From an uncultured Spirochaetota bacterium (lineage in GTDB: Bacteria > Spirochaetota > Spirochaetia > SZUA-6 > Fen-1364): a DNA stretch of 64,000 nt. The stretch is taken from contig CAVTHO010000008.1 in assembly GCA_963734545.1 (NCBI GenBank), forward strand, positions 192,001 to 256,000, read 5' to 3'. Below, one piece after another: positions 52,378 through 61,816 of this stretch (position 1 is its first letter; every line of letters starts with the position of its first letter). The position numbers and the translations under genes were made by a program. Under the pieces are notes generated by a model. That model did not search any database. It saw only the letters and a list, made by a program, of their open reading frames with translations, and had not been told where the DNA came from.

Positions 52378-53315
52378 TGGACGGGACGATCATTGACATC
52401 CGCCGCTTCACGCTCCATGACGGCCATGGCATCCGCTCGACCCTCTTCCTGAAAGGCTGCGGCCTGCGCTGCGCGTGGTGCCAGAATCCCGAAGGCATCG
52501 ACACTGCCGTCGGCCTCTGGTACCTCGCGAAGCAGTGCATCCGCTGCGGCCTGTGCGAGGCGAGCTGCCCGGTCGACGCAATCGGTCTGCACGCAGACGA
52601 GGATCCCTTCGTCCGGATCGACCGGGGGCTCTGCACACGCTGCGGAGCCTGTGTCGCCGCCTGTCCGACGACCGCGCTCTCGTTCGATGGAAGCAGGGTC
52701 TCCGCCGAGGAGGCCGCCGCGGCCCTCCTGCGCGACGTCGAGTTCTACCGGCAGTCGGGCGGAGGGATTACTATTTCCGGAGGCGATCCGCTCGTCCAGC
52801 ACGCGTTCGCACGGGAAGTGCTCGGCCTCTGCAAGAGGTCGGGCGTCCATACTGCCATCGAGACCTGTCTCTTCGGGGATTGGGAAGTTCTCGAACGCTT
52901 CATTCCCCTCACGGACCTTTTCATCATCGATCTCAAGATCGCGAACAGCGCGCTGCACGCGGAATATACCGGCCGTCCGAACGACCTCATTCTCGACAAC
53001 TACGCGAGGCTCGCCCGGGCGGGCGTGGAGCTCCTCACGAGGATGCCGCTGATCCCGGGCATCACGGCGACGGAAGCAAACGTGCGGGCGCTGGCGAGCA
53101 TCGTCCGGGAGACAAACCCGGGCGGGCGCGTCGAGTTGATCAACTTCAACCCTCTCGCGATCAACAAATACTCCCTCATGAACCGGGGCAAGGAGTTCTT
53201 CAACGGCATGGCTCCGCTGCCCGATGGCGAGGTCGAGGCGCTCCGCGCGCTGTTCGAGGCCGAGGGTCTCGCGGTAGTCCGGGAGCACAGACGATCGGAC
53301 GGTGTCGGGAGGTGA
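52377..53315 (+). CDS. pflC: Glycyl-radical activating enzyme with two auxiliary 4Fe-4S motifs
   Basis: TGATG coupling; HDGHGIRSTLFLKGCGLRCAWCQNPE; CIRCGLCEASCP and CTRCGACVAACP. Confidence 0.9.
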   Translation: MDGTIIDIRRFTLHDGHGIRSTLFLKGCGLRCAWCQNPEGIDTAVGLWYLAKQCIRCGLCEASCPVDAIGLHADEDPFVRIDRGLCTRCGACVAACPTTALSFDGSRVSAEEAAAALLRDVEFYRQSGGGITISGGDPLVQHAFAREVLGLCKRSGVHTAIETCLFGDWEVLERFIPLTDLFIIDLKIANSALHAEYTGRPNDLILDNYARLARAGVELLTRMPLIPGITATEANVRALASIVRETNPGGRVELINFNPLAINKYSLMNRGKEFFNGMAPLPDGEVEALRALFEAEGLAVVREHRRSDGVGR

Positions 53316-55194
53316 CATGGTCCGGGGTTTGATCGAGCAGGCGAAGGCGGGCCGGAGCGTGTACATCACCGACCTCCATGCCCTGTTCCGCGACCTTGCT
53401 GACCGGGAAAGCCATCGACTCGCCTGCGTCGTGGAGATGCTCGATGGCACGGGTCTCCGCCGTTTCGATCTGCGGGTGCCTCGCGTCGACGGCCTGGGCG
53501 GCGAGGAACGCGCCTTCGTCGAAGACTACATCCACGCGGAGGTCTACAACATCATCTCGGCCCTCGGGGGGAGGCGCATGGCCGTCTACTCCGACCAGGG
53601 ATCTGCGGAGTTCCTGACGATCCTCAATCGGCTGCCGGCTGTCTTCGGCATCGGACTCCCCCGCTCATCCCGCTCGGGCTACGGGCGTGCGGTCAACGTC
53701 ACGGACCGGATGATCGGCGCCCTGTCGCCGGGCGCGCCCGCCTTCTCGTTCGAGTTCGATTCCCTGGACCGGGCCCCGGCCGCGATGAGACCCCGGGCTC
53801 CCTCCGTGGACCTGGTCGGCTTTTTCCGCGGGCGGACCGAGCGGCTCGAAGGCAAGGCCCTGATCGGCCTCGACGTGGGCGGCACCGACATCAAGGCCGT
53901 TCTCGTCGACGACGGCCGTATCGTCGACTACACGGAGTACGACTGGTTCCCCGCGAGTTTCCTCCGTTCACGGCAGCTGGTGGATCCTATCTGCCTGATC
54001 GTACGCCTGCTTTTAGCGCGATTGTGGATCCATCGTCTCGGAGCAGCCGACGGCCGCCGAGCGGCCCTGGTCGAGCTCGCGGCGAAGGCCCTCCACAAGG
54101 GAAGCGCGCCGACGGGAACGGCGTCGGGTACGCCGCCGGCGGAGATGGCGCGCGCGCTGGCCGACCTTGAAGCGGCGGGGCTCGACAGGGGTCTCCGGTG
54201 CGACGGGATCGGGCTTTGCTTCCCCGACGTCGTGGTCAGGAACAAGATCGTGGGCGGCGAGGTCTACAAGACCCGAGGCATCCGCACCAACACTGCAATC
54301 GACTACGAAAGGGACTTCGCCGAGCTCACCGATCTCGATGTGCGCCTCCGGGAATGGGTCGCTCCCGAGGGGACGGTGCGCATCATCAACGACGGGCCAA
54401 TGGCCGCGTTCACTGCCGCGGTCGAGATGGCCGCCTCGCCCGACGCCAGGGACGTGACCCGGGGCGTTTTCGCCCATACGCTCGGGACCGAGCTGGGCAC
54501 GGGGTGGGTGACCGAGACCGGTGCGATCCCTGACATCCCGCTCGAGGTGTACAACTTCATCATCGATCTCGGCTGCTGGCCGGAGCGTGCCTTCGAGCCG
54601 GATGACCTCCGCAGCCTCAACAACTTCAACACCGGCCTGCCCGGCACGCTGCAGAAGTACTGCAGCCAGAGCGGCGTCTTTCGCCTCGCCCTCAAGCGGT
54701 TCTCCTCGGAGCGCCCTGATCTCCTCCGCGAGCTCGAAGAAAAGGGCTTCGTCGAGCGGCGCCCGGCGGACGGGACGGAGGGCTGGTACGTGCCCACCGA
54801 TCCCGTGGACCAGCGGAAGCCTTTCCTCGAACACATGATGAAGCTGCCCGACCGGGAAAAAGACGACACCAACCGCGAGATCTGGCGCGAGATCGGGAAG
54901 TCCCTCGCGGTGACTCTCCTCGAGACGCGGCGTATCCTCGAGCCGGGCACCGACCTGCGCTTCCTCTTCGGGCGTCTCGTCAAGAACGCCACATGCTTCG
55001 ACCTCATGGTGGAGGGCGCCCGGAGAGTCGATCCCGGGATCCTGCTCGCCGTGGCAGGCACCGGCATGGCCAACACCCCTCTCATGAAGCAGCTGAAAGG
55101 GCATCCGCACCTCACCGTCGCGCAGTTCGCGCAAGCCATCGGCGCCGTGTACTTCGCCAACCCGGCCACGGTAATCCGTGGCATTCAGGAATGA
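53302..55194 (+). CDS. Large divergent ROK/ASKHA-fold protein, putative sugar kinase
   Basis: GLDVGGTDIK, GIGLCFPDVV, IINDGPMAA, HTLGTELGTG, AQAIGA; about 180-aa N-terminal extension and long insertions. Confidence 0.65.
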   Translation: MSGGDMVRGLIEQAKAGRSVYITDLHALFRDLADRESHRLACVVEMLDGTGLRRFDLRVPRVDGLGGEERAFVEDYIHAEVYNIISALGGRRMAVYSDQGSAEFLTILNRLPAVFGIGLPRSSRSGYGRAVNVTDRMIGALSPGAPAFSFEFDSLDRAPAAMRPRAPSVDLVGFFRGRTERLEGKALIGLDVGGTDIKAVLVDDGRIVDYTEYDWFPASFLRSRQLVDPICLIVRLLLARLWIHRLGAADGRRAALVELAAKALHKGSAPTGTASGTPPAEMARALADLEAAGLDRGLRCDGIGLCFPDVVVRNKIVGGEVYKTRGIRTNTAIDYERDFAELTDLDVRLREWVAPEGTVRIINDGPMAAFTAAVEMAASPDARDVTRGVFAHTLGTELGTGWVTETGAIPDIPLEVYNFIIDLGCWPERAFEPDDLRSLNNFNTGLPGTLQKYCSQSGVFRLALKRFSSERPDLLRELEEKGFVERRPADGTEGWYVPTDPVDQRKPFLEHMMKLPDREKDDTNREIWREIGKSLAVTLLETRRILEPGTDLRFLFGRLVKNATCFDLMVEGARRVDPGILLAVAGTGMANTPLMKQLKGHPHLTVAQFAQAIGAVYFANPATVIRGIQE

Positions 55195-55330
55195 GGACGC
55201 GGCGCTGCGGCGCCGCTCACGCTTTCGGCGTCGACGTTGTTCCCCGCCCACGTGGCGAGGTTCAGCACGTGCAACTGGTCCAGCACGACGGTAGCAGACG
55301 CGCTTGACGCCTCGCCGGCGTCCACACAGG

Positions 55331-57370
55331 TCAGTCCTCCTTCACCACCGCCACTCCAAGGGCCTCCAGCATTATCGCCCCTGTAATGTTACTTCCCGTC
55401 AGGAGCTCGAGGCCCGGTCCCCAGGCGTCAATTTGCGCGGCGTGAGAGCTGTGATTCAGATAAAATCTGTACCGGGTGCCCGACGGGCTCGTGCGTGCGG
55501 CAACTTCGACACCGGCCGGCAGAGCGCGGCCGCCAAGCACACGATCGGAAAGAGCAGGCAGCAGGAGCTCGGAGAGGCCGGCCGCATCGAGCACGGTGCC
55601 CAGGTAGAGACAGGCACCCTTGCCGAAGTGATGGAGGGTGGCCGCAACTCTGCCGGAATAATACCGCCCGCCGTATGTCGCGAGCGCGAGGGTGCCTGTC
55701 ACCGGGGAAAGTATCTCCGCGACTCCCCGGGCCGGCGCAGTGATTCCGCCGGGAAGCTTCACGCGCACGGCACAGCCGGGCACGGCGGAAAACACGTCCG
55801 CATCCTCGATCGTGCAGCCTGCCAGCCGGGTGAGGAATCCTGGAAACGGCTCTTCCCCCACGGCATTGTCCGGGTCTTTCATTCCGCTGAGCGGGCCGAG
55901 AACGAGGAGGCCGCCGTCCGCAGCAAAACGCTCGAGCTTCTGCGCTGCCTCCCGCGAGCATATGTGAAGATTGGGTGCCACCAGGACTGAGTATTTGCCG
56001 ATGTCGGTGTCCGGTCCCACACAGTCGAAATCAATTCCTCTGCCAGTGAGAGCTTGCGAGATGCAGCCTTCGAGTGATGGCGCACCGGGAGTCTCCCGTG
56101 CCTGCGGCTGAAACGCGAGGCTCCAATGCGAGTCATGATCGAACAGGATTGCCACCCGGGCTTCCGGCGCAGTGCCCTCGAGCTCAGCGGCAAGAGCGCG
56201 CATCTCTGTCCCGACCTGTCGGAGCTCCCTGTAGCGGGGGCCCGGGATGCCGCTGTGCGGAAGTATCCCGTGCCAGTACTGCTCGATCCCATGCCGCGCG
56301 GTCCGCCATCTGAAGAAGCAGACCAGGTCCGCTCCCCGTGCCAGTGCCTGGAAGTACCACACACGCATCCGCCCCGGCTCTGGAGTGGGCTGCACATAGT
56401 CCCAGCCGCCGGGGCCTGCCGCCTGTTCCATGACCCAGACATTCTGCCGCTTCAGACCGCGCATGAACGCGTGCGGGAAGGCCGAGGGTGCCCGGTCCTG
56501 GCCCTGCAGCTCGAAGAAAGGGTAGTTGTCCCAGGACACGACGTCCAGCTCTTGCGCGAGACGGAAGTAGTCGATATCGAAATAGTCCTTCATGAGATTG
56601 TGCGTGATCACCGCTCGAGGGTTTGCCTTCCGGAGAATAGATGCCTGGTCGGCGAGGAACCGTATGTTGGTCTCGGAGGAGAAACGCGCAAAATCCAGGA
56701 GGAGACCAGGATTTTGTCCCTGCTTCCCCATCCGGTCGGCGGGCTCCCGCGGAAGGCTCACCTCCCGGAATTCCCGGTAGTGCTGAGACCAGAATGCGGT
56801 CCCCCACGCGGAATTGAGCCTGTTGATGTCGTTCCCAAAACGCACGGCAAGCCATGCGCGGAAGCCGGACTCGCAGCGGGGGCAGAAACAGCGGGCCGTT
56901 CCGTGGCAGCCCAGCTCGTTGTCGATCTGCCACGCCGTGATCCGTTCGTCCCTGCCGTACCGAGCCGCCATCAGCCCGACCAGGCTCATGACCGCCCGCC
57001 TGTAGCCGGGATGAAGCTTGCAGGCGTCCTGGCGCATCCCATACTCCTTGAGCAGACCGTTCGATCTCACCTGGTGAATATCGGGATGCCTCGCGTGAAG
57101 CCAAGGCGGATAGGCGGCGCTCGGCGTGCAGAGGATCGTGCCTATGCCGTGCGCCGCGAACAGGCGAATTGCCTCGTCCAGCGCGCCGAAATCGTGCTTT
57201 CCCCTCGAGGGCTCCAGCTCCGACCAGGCGAACTCGGCCATGCGCACGAGGGTGACCCCCGCTTCGGCCATGAGCTGTGCGTCCGTTTCCCATCTGTTCC
57301 GGGGCCACTGCTCGAAATAGTACGGCACGGCCAGCCGAAGTCTCGAGAGCTCACCGTTATCCTGCGCCAT
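55331..57370 (-). CDS. GH42 beta-galactosidase
   Basis: YYFEQW, MAEFAWSELEP, WQIDNE, WDNYP, WVMEQ, FRWR, EQYWHG. Confidence 0.92.
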   Translation of the reverse strand: MAQDNGELSRLRLAVPYYFEQWPRNRWETDAQLMAEAGVTLVRMAEFAWSELEPSRGKHDFGALDEAIRLFAAHGIGTILCTPSAAYPPWLHARHPDIHQVRSNGLLKEYGMRQDACKLHPGYRRAVMSLVGLMAARYGRDERITAWQIDNELGCHGTARCFCPRCESGFRAWLAVRFGNDINRLNSAWGTAFWSQHYREFREVSLPREPADRMGKQGQNPGLLLDFARFSSETNIRFLADQASILRKANPRAVITHNLMKDYFDIDYFRLAQELDVVSWDNYPFFELQGQDRAPSAFPHAFMRGLKRQNVWVMEQAAGPGGWDYVQPTPEPGRMRVWYFQALARGADLVCFFRWRTARHGIEQYWHGILPHSGIPGPRYRELRQVGTEMRALAAELEGTAPEARVAILFDHDSHWSLAFQPQARETPGAPSLEGCISQALTGRGIDFDCVGPDTDIGKYSVLVAPNLHICSREAAQKLERFAADGGLLVLGPLSGMKDPDNAVGEEPFPGFLTRLAGCTIEDADVFSAVPGCAVRVKLPGGITAPARGVAEILSPVTGTLALATYGGRYYSGRVAATLHHFGKGACLYLGTVLDAAGLSELLLPALSDRVLGGRALPAGVEVAARTSPSGTRYRFYLNHSSHAAQIDAWGPGLELLTGSNITGAIMLEALGVAVVKED

Positions 57371-57374
57371 GCAA

Positions 57375-58205
57375 TCACCCCTTGACCGCGCCGGCGGTCA
57401 TGCCGGCAATGAATCTGCGCGATGCGGCCCAGAATACGAGCATGACGGGTGCGAGGGCAAGCGTCGTGGCCAGCATCAGGACCCCGTAGTCCATCCCGCG
57501 GTAGGGATCCCCGCGCAGCAGGTTGAGCGCGAGGGGAAGCGTCATCACGTACTTGTTGGTCAGGACGAGAAAGGGATAGAAGAAATTGTTCCAGCTCCCC
57601 AGGAAGTTCATGATTCCCAGCGCCGCGTATGCGGGGACCAGCAGAGGGGCCACGATCCTGAAGAAGATGAGCACCTCGGGACAGCCGTCGATCCGCGCGG
57701 CGTCAATGAGGGCGGGATGGATCGTGGAGGAGATGTACTGGCGCATCCAGAACACCCCGAAGGCGCTCGCCGCGGCGGGGACGATCACGGCCAGGAAGTT
57801 GTTCGTCCATTTCAGCCTCGTGGTGATGATGAACCAGGGAACCAGGTCCACCAGCCAGGGCAGCATCATGGTCCCAAGGAGGGCGGCGAAGACGAGCCTC
57901 TTCAGCGGAAAATCCAGCATCGCGAACGCGTACCCGCCCAGCGAACAGAGAGCCAGGGAGAGGAAGGTGATGGCCGCGGCGACGATGACGCTGTTGAGAT
58001 AGTTCCGCCAGAAAGGCACCGTGGCGATCACGCTCGCGTAGTTTTCACCTGTCCGCATTCCCGGGAGCAGCGGCGGCGGGGTCTGCAGTATCTCGTGCGA
58101 GCTGTGCGTGGCCTCGATCAGCATGAAGAGAAACGGGAGGAAGATGATGAGGGAGCACGCTCCGAGGAAAATGTTGGCAGTGGTCCTTGCGCCCGCATCA
58201 CGCAC
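57375..58205 (-). CDS. Carbohydrate ABC permease
   Basis: GGYAFA, LIDAARIDG, GMTAGAVKG. Confidence 0.9.
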   Translation of the reverse strand: MRDAGARTTANIFLGACSLIIFLPFLFMLIEATHSSHEILQTPPPLLPGMRTGENYASVIATVPFWRNYLNSVIVAAAITFLSLALCSLGGYAFAMLDFPLKRLVFAALLGTMMLPWLVDLVPWFIITTRLKWTNNFLAVIVPAAASAFGVFWMRQYISSTIHPALIDAARIDGCPEVLIFFRIVAPLLVPAYAALGIMNFLGSWNNFFYPFLVLTNKYVMTLPLALNLLRGDPYRGMDYGVLMLATTLALAPVMLVFWAASRRFIAGMTAGAVKG

Positions 58206-59118
58206 GAGCCGACTCCCCTCTCTCCGACAGGAATCTGAAGCTGAAGATGCTCAGCACGACGATGATCAGCATGAGGAAATAGGCGATTGCCGAAGCCTGG
58301 CCGAAGGCGCCCCTTCGGAATCCCGTTTCGTAGATGAGAAGGGCAATGGTGAGCCCTCCCTGGTTTGAGCCCCCGAGGTAGCCCGCTCCCTGCCCTCCTC
58401 CGGTCAGGATGTATGCCTCGTCGAAGATCTGCATGCCCCCGATGAAGGAGAGGATCAGCGTGTACAGGATGATGGGACGCATGAGAGGGACCGTGACGTA
58501 ACGCAGAATATCCCTCTTGTTCGCGCCTTCCACTTCCGCACATTCATAGAGCTCGCGGTCGATGCCCTGCATCCCGGCAAAGTAGATGACGCAGTTCCAC
58601 CCGATCCATTTCCAGACGAAGAGGGTAATGATCACCGGCTTGATCATGCTTCCCGTGCCGTGAAACCAGGCCACCGGGGACACGCCCAGCCCGCCGAGGA
58701 GGAAGTTGATCATTCCGTATTTCTCGCCGAAGAGGGTGGTGAAGACGATCGAGACCGCTATGGTCGACGTCACCATCGGAGTGAAGAGCAGGGCCTGGTG
58801 GAGGTTTTTTTTCCGCACGTACTCGGTATTGAGAACGTAGGCGATGAGGAACCCGCCCGGCAGGATCAGGATATGGGCGCAGATCCAGATGTAGGCCGTG
58901 TTGTAGAGGGCTTTGAGAAAGGCGGGGTCCCTGAGGGTGGCGATGTAGTTGTCCAGAAAAACAAAGATCGGCGCGCCGAGACCTTTCCAGTAGGTGAAGC
59001 TGAGGAAAAGCGAGTAGAGAATCGGAAAGATCCCGAACGAGAGAAAGAGGACGATGAACGGCGCCACATAGAGGTATGCGACCGCGCTTCTGCCCGCCTG
59101 GATTCTCCCCCGCCGCAT
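58198..59118 (-). CDS. Carbohydrate ABC permease
   Basis: YLYVAPF, WKWIGWN, ELYECAEVEGA, FGQASAIA. Confidence 0.9.
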   Translation of the reverse strand: MRRGRIQAGRSAVAYLYVAPFIVLFLSFGIFPILYSLFLSFTYWKGLGAPIFVFLDNYIATLRDPAFLKALYNTAYIWICAHILILPGGFLIAYVLNTEYVRKKNLHQALLFTPMVTSTIAVSIVFTTLFGEKYGMINFLLGGLGVSPVAWFHGTGSMIKPVIITLFVWKWIGWNCVIYFAGMQGIDRELYECAEVEGANKRDILRYVTVPLMRPIILYTLILSFIGGMQIFDEAYILTGGGQGAGYLGGSNQGGLTIALLIYETGFRRGAFGQASAIAYFLMLIIVVLSIFSFRFLSERGESARA

Positions 59119-59143
59119 TGGTTCCCGCCTTCCGATTCTGAGA

Positions 59144-59165
59144 GGGGCGGCCCGAGGGCCGCCCC
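59144..59165 (-). terminator. Intercistronic stem-loop after binding-protein gene
   Basis: GGGGCGGCCC-GA-GGGCCGCCCC perfect inverted repeat. Confidence 0.55.
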
Positions 59166-59176
59166 GCGCATGCTGC

Positions 59177-60493
59177 CTACTTGTTCCCCATGAGTCGGAG
59201 AACTATTTTTCGATCCGCCTGGGTCTTGATATCAATGGCGTTCACCATGGCCTTGACGGTGCCGGGGACATCAAGATTCTGGTCAAGGAACTTGTCCAGC
59301 TCGATGTTGAAGGCATTCTCGGCAACCCCATCAAGCGGGGTTACCACGAAGGGTCCCTGGGAAGAAGCGACATCCGCCCAGAGACGGCGCGTCTTCTGGC
59401 CCCCGAAGAACGGGTCAGGCTCGTCGTACAGCGCATCCTTCCACGCAGGGATCAACGCAGGGAAATAGTCGACGGTCTTCATGATCGTGTTCTCTGCCTT
59501 GGCGTCGGCGCAGAGATACTCGATGAACTTCCACGCGGCCTCGGGGTTCGTGGACTGCTTTGTCACGGCGAGGAACGAGCCTCCCCAGTTCTGAAGCGGC
59601 TGCTCGGGGACAGGAATGACTCCCCACTTTCCGATGGTGTCCTTCGCGATAAAGCTCTTCAGGAAGCCCCCGAACCAGCAGCCGGAGATGGTGGTGGCGA
59701 TCCTGCCCTGGTTGAGCATCGTGTACCACTCATCGGTCCATGCCGAGGTCTTTGCGTCCATTCCGTCATTCCTGAGCTTCTGCGCGATGGTGAGCACACG
59801 GCGGGTCGTCGGGTTGTCCACCGCGATGTTCATCTTCCTGTCGAAGAAGTTCTTGTGCGAATAGTAGATGTAGGGAACGCCGCGCGCATTGTCGATCCAC
59901 CAGACCTGGTTCTTGGGATCGTTCACCTTCTTCCCCACCTGGACGTAGTCGTCCCACGTCCTGATCAGCTTCGCGAGCTTTGCCGGATCGGACGGCACTC
60001 CTGCCTTGTCCAGCAGGTCACGGCGGTAGAAAATGCTCGCGGGTCCGATATCCCACGGGAAGGCGAAGAGCTTGCCGTCGGGAGACAGGGACAGGTCCCA
60101 CTTGTAGCCGACAAAGTCCTTCTTGTACTTTCCCGCGTTGTACGGCTTGTCCAGCAGGTTCACGAAGGCATCCGTCAGGGCGAAGGTGCCGATGTCGTTC
60201 ACCTCGATGAGCGAAACGTCGGGCGCGCCCGCCCCTGCCGCCAGTGCGGCCTGCAGCGCGTCCCGGGTTCCCCCGGCCTGGCCCGGTTTCATCTCCCAGC
60301 TCACCTCGATCCCCGGATACTTCGCCTTGAAGCCGGGCATGATGGACTCGAAGGCCTTGTCCGCGGAGGGCCAGGCCCAGACGGTCACTTTCCCCGTCAC
60401 GCTCGACCCCGTGTCCGCCGCGAACGCGGCCGCGGGAACGAGCAGCAGCGCCGCGATGAGGATCACGGCTGTCAACCACAGATCTTTCTTCAT
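59177..60493 (-). CDS. Carbohydrate ABC substrate-binding protein, CUT1
   Basis: RBS GGAGG, MKKDLWLTAVILIA signal; VTVWAW, PWDIGP..FYRRDL, NWGGS. Confidence 0.92.
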   Translation of the reverse strand: MKKDLWLTAVILIAALLLVPAAAFAADTGSSVTGKVTVWAWPSADKAFESIMPGFKAKYPGIEVSWEMKPGQAGGTRDALQAALAAGAGAPDVSLIEVNDIGTFALTDAFVNLLDKPYNAGKYKKDFVGYKWDLSLSPDGKLFAFPWDIGPASIFYRRDLLDKAGVPSDPAKLAKLIRTWDDYVQVGKKVNDPKNQVWWIDNARGVPYIYYSHKNFFDRKMNIAVDNPTTRRVLTIAQKLRNDGMDAKTSAWTDEWYTMLNQGRIATTISGCWFGGFLKSFIAKDTIGKWGVIPVPEQPLQNWGGSFLAVTKQSTNPEAAWKFIEYLCADAKAENTIMKTVDYFPALIPAWKDALYDEPDPFFGGQKTRRLWADVASSQGPFVVTPLDGVAENAFNIELDKFLDQNLDVPGTVKAMVNAIDIKTQADRKIVLRLMGNK

Positions 60494-60494
60494 A

Positions 60495-61637
60495 TCAGCC
60501 TCCTGGATTTTTTTCCGACGCCTGGGCGCCGGCAAGTGTCTTCACGGAGTTTCGCTCCACGACCACCGGGTCGATGCTGATGGTGCTGCGGTAGTGCACA
60601 TTCGGCGTAATGACCCCATCAAGCAGTATCTGGGCCGCCTTTTCCCCGATGAACTGGTTGGGGTGATCGATCGATGTCAGCGAGATGCCCGGCAGCTCTG
60701 CGTAGTCGGAGTTGTCCACGCTTATGACGGAAAAGTCGGACGGTATCGAGTACCCGCTCGCATGGGCCGCCCGGTACAGCGCAATCGACATCTCGTCGTT
60801 GCAGCAGAAGAAGCCGCTGGGCAGCCGTGGCCGCGATTCGAACCAGCGCTCGAAGAACGCGTTGCAGTCCCGCACCGGGCCGACGGAGAGCAGGCGGTCA
60901 CCCGGCACCTCGATTCCCGATCCTGCGAGGTATTCCACGGCGCCCTGCCGACGCAGGCGAAAGGGTCGATGTTCCTGGGAGAAGACGATGGCGATGTCTC
61001 GGTGCCCCCGTTCGGCAAGGTAGCGCGCCGCCATTGCGCCCGTGGCGACATCATCCAGGACGATCGCGGGGAATCGATTGTCCCCGAATGTGTTGTCCAT
61101 GAGGACCACCTGGATGCCGGAATCCTGGATCTCGCACAGGAGCCGGTAGTTGGTGGATTCCAGGTCGCCGGGCACGCTCCCATCCTCCGCGCCTGCAATG
61201 ACGGGCTCGATGGCAATGCCTCTCACTCCCCGTTCCCTGAGCTTGAGGAGGACTCCCCTCTCCTTTTCAACGTTCGCTTCCGTCTGGTTGAGGATCATGT
61301 GAAAGCCGCCGCGCTGCGTGGCTTTTTCAAAACCAGCCGCGATGCGCGGGAATATGTATGAGCTCGCGTAATAGCAGACCAGGGCAAAGTCATCGGCCTC
61401 AGGACTTCGCCGGGCAAGGCAGTAGGTGCCGATGCCTTTCCTGGATTCGACCCATCCCGCGTGTGCAAGATTCGAGATTGCCTGGCGGGCGGAGCTCCTG
61501 GAAACTCCGAACCGGAGGCAGATTTCGCTTTCAGATGGCAGCTTGTCTCCGGGCTGGAGCCGTCCGCTCTCAATCTCCTGCTTGATCCAGTTTGTTATCG
61601 CCGAATGCTTACTTGTTATAATAGGTTGTTCGGACAT
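60495..61637 (-). CDS. GntR-LacI chimeric regulator, AraR-like
   Basis: GDKLPSESEICLRFGVSRSSARQA GntR HTH; YIFPRI, FCCNDE, SVISVDNS, LTSIDHP LacI-type domain. Confidence 0.9.
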   Translation of the reverse strand: MSEQPIITSKHSAITNWIKQEIESGRLQPGDKLPSESEICLRFGVSRSSARQAISNLAHAGWVESRKGIGTYCLARRSPEADDFALVCYYASSYIFPRIAAGFEKATQRGGFHMILNQTEANVEKERGVLLKLRERGVRGIAIEPVIAGAEDGSVPGDLESTNYRLLCEIQDSGIQVVLMDNTFGDNRFPAIVLDDVATGAMAARYLAERGHRDIAIVFSQEHRPFRLRRQGAVEYLAGSGIEVPGDRLLSVGPVRDCNAFFERWFESRPRLPSGFFCCNDEMSIALYRAAHASGYSIPSDFSVISVDNSDYAELPGISLTSIDHPNQFIGEKAAQILLDGVITPNVHYRSTISIDPVVVERNSVKTLAGAQASEKNPGG

Positions 61638-61733
61638 GCTTAACAGAATAGCATTTAATGGTCATTTGTCAAGCTTTTTATTAAAAAAACTAGCTATTGA
61701 ATGTGACCTGTAATTATATGTTGTACGAATATT
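61623..61733. promoter_or_regulatory. Promoter with two AraR-like boxes
   Basis: AGGTTGTTCGGACATG (61623-61638) and ATGTTGTACGAATATT (61718-61733); minus-strand TTGACA (61672-61667), 16 bp, TATTCT (61650-61645). Confidence 0.5.
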
Positions 61734-61816
61734 TAAAAACTACGGGAATCAATTCCTCTGCCGAAACTGCGGCAGCCACTCGCGATTGCGCGCGAAGAGC
61801 TGCGTCCTGCTCCGAT

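Noticed and set aside
55195-55330. Possible gene remnant (minus-strand VVLDQLHVLNLATWAGNNVDAES)
   Set aside because: Too short and without a recognisable motif.
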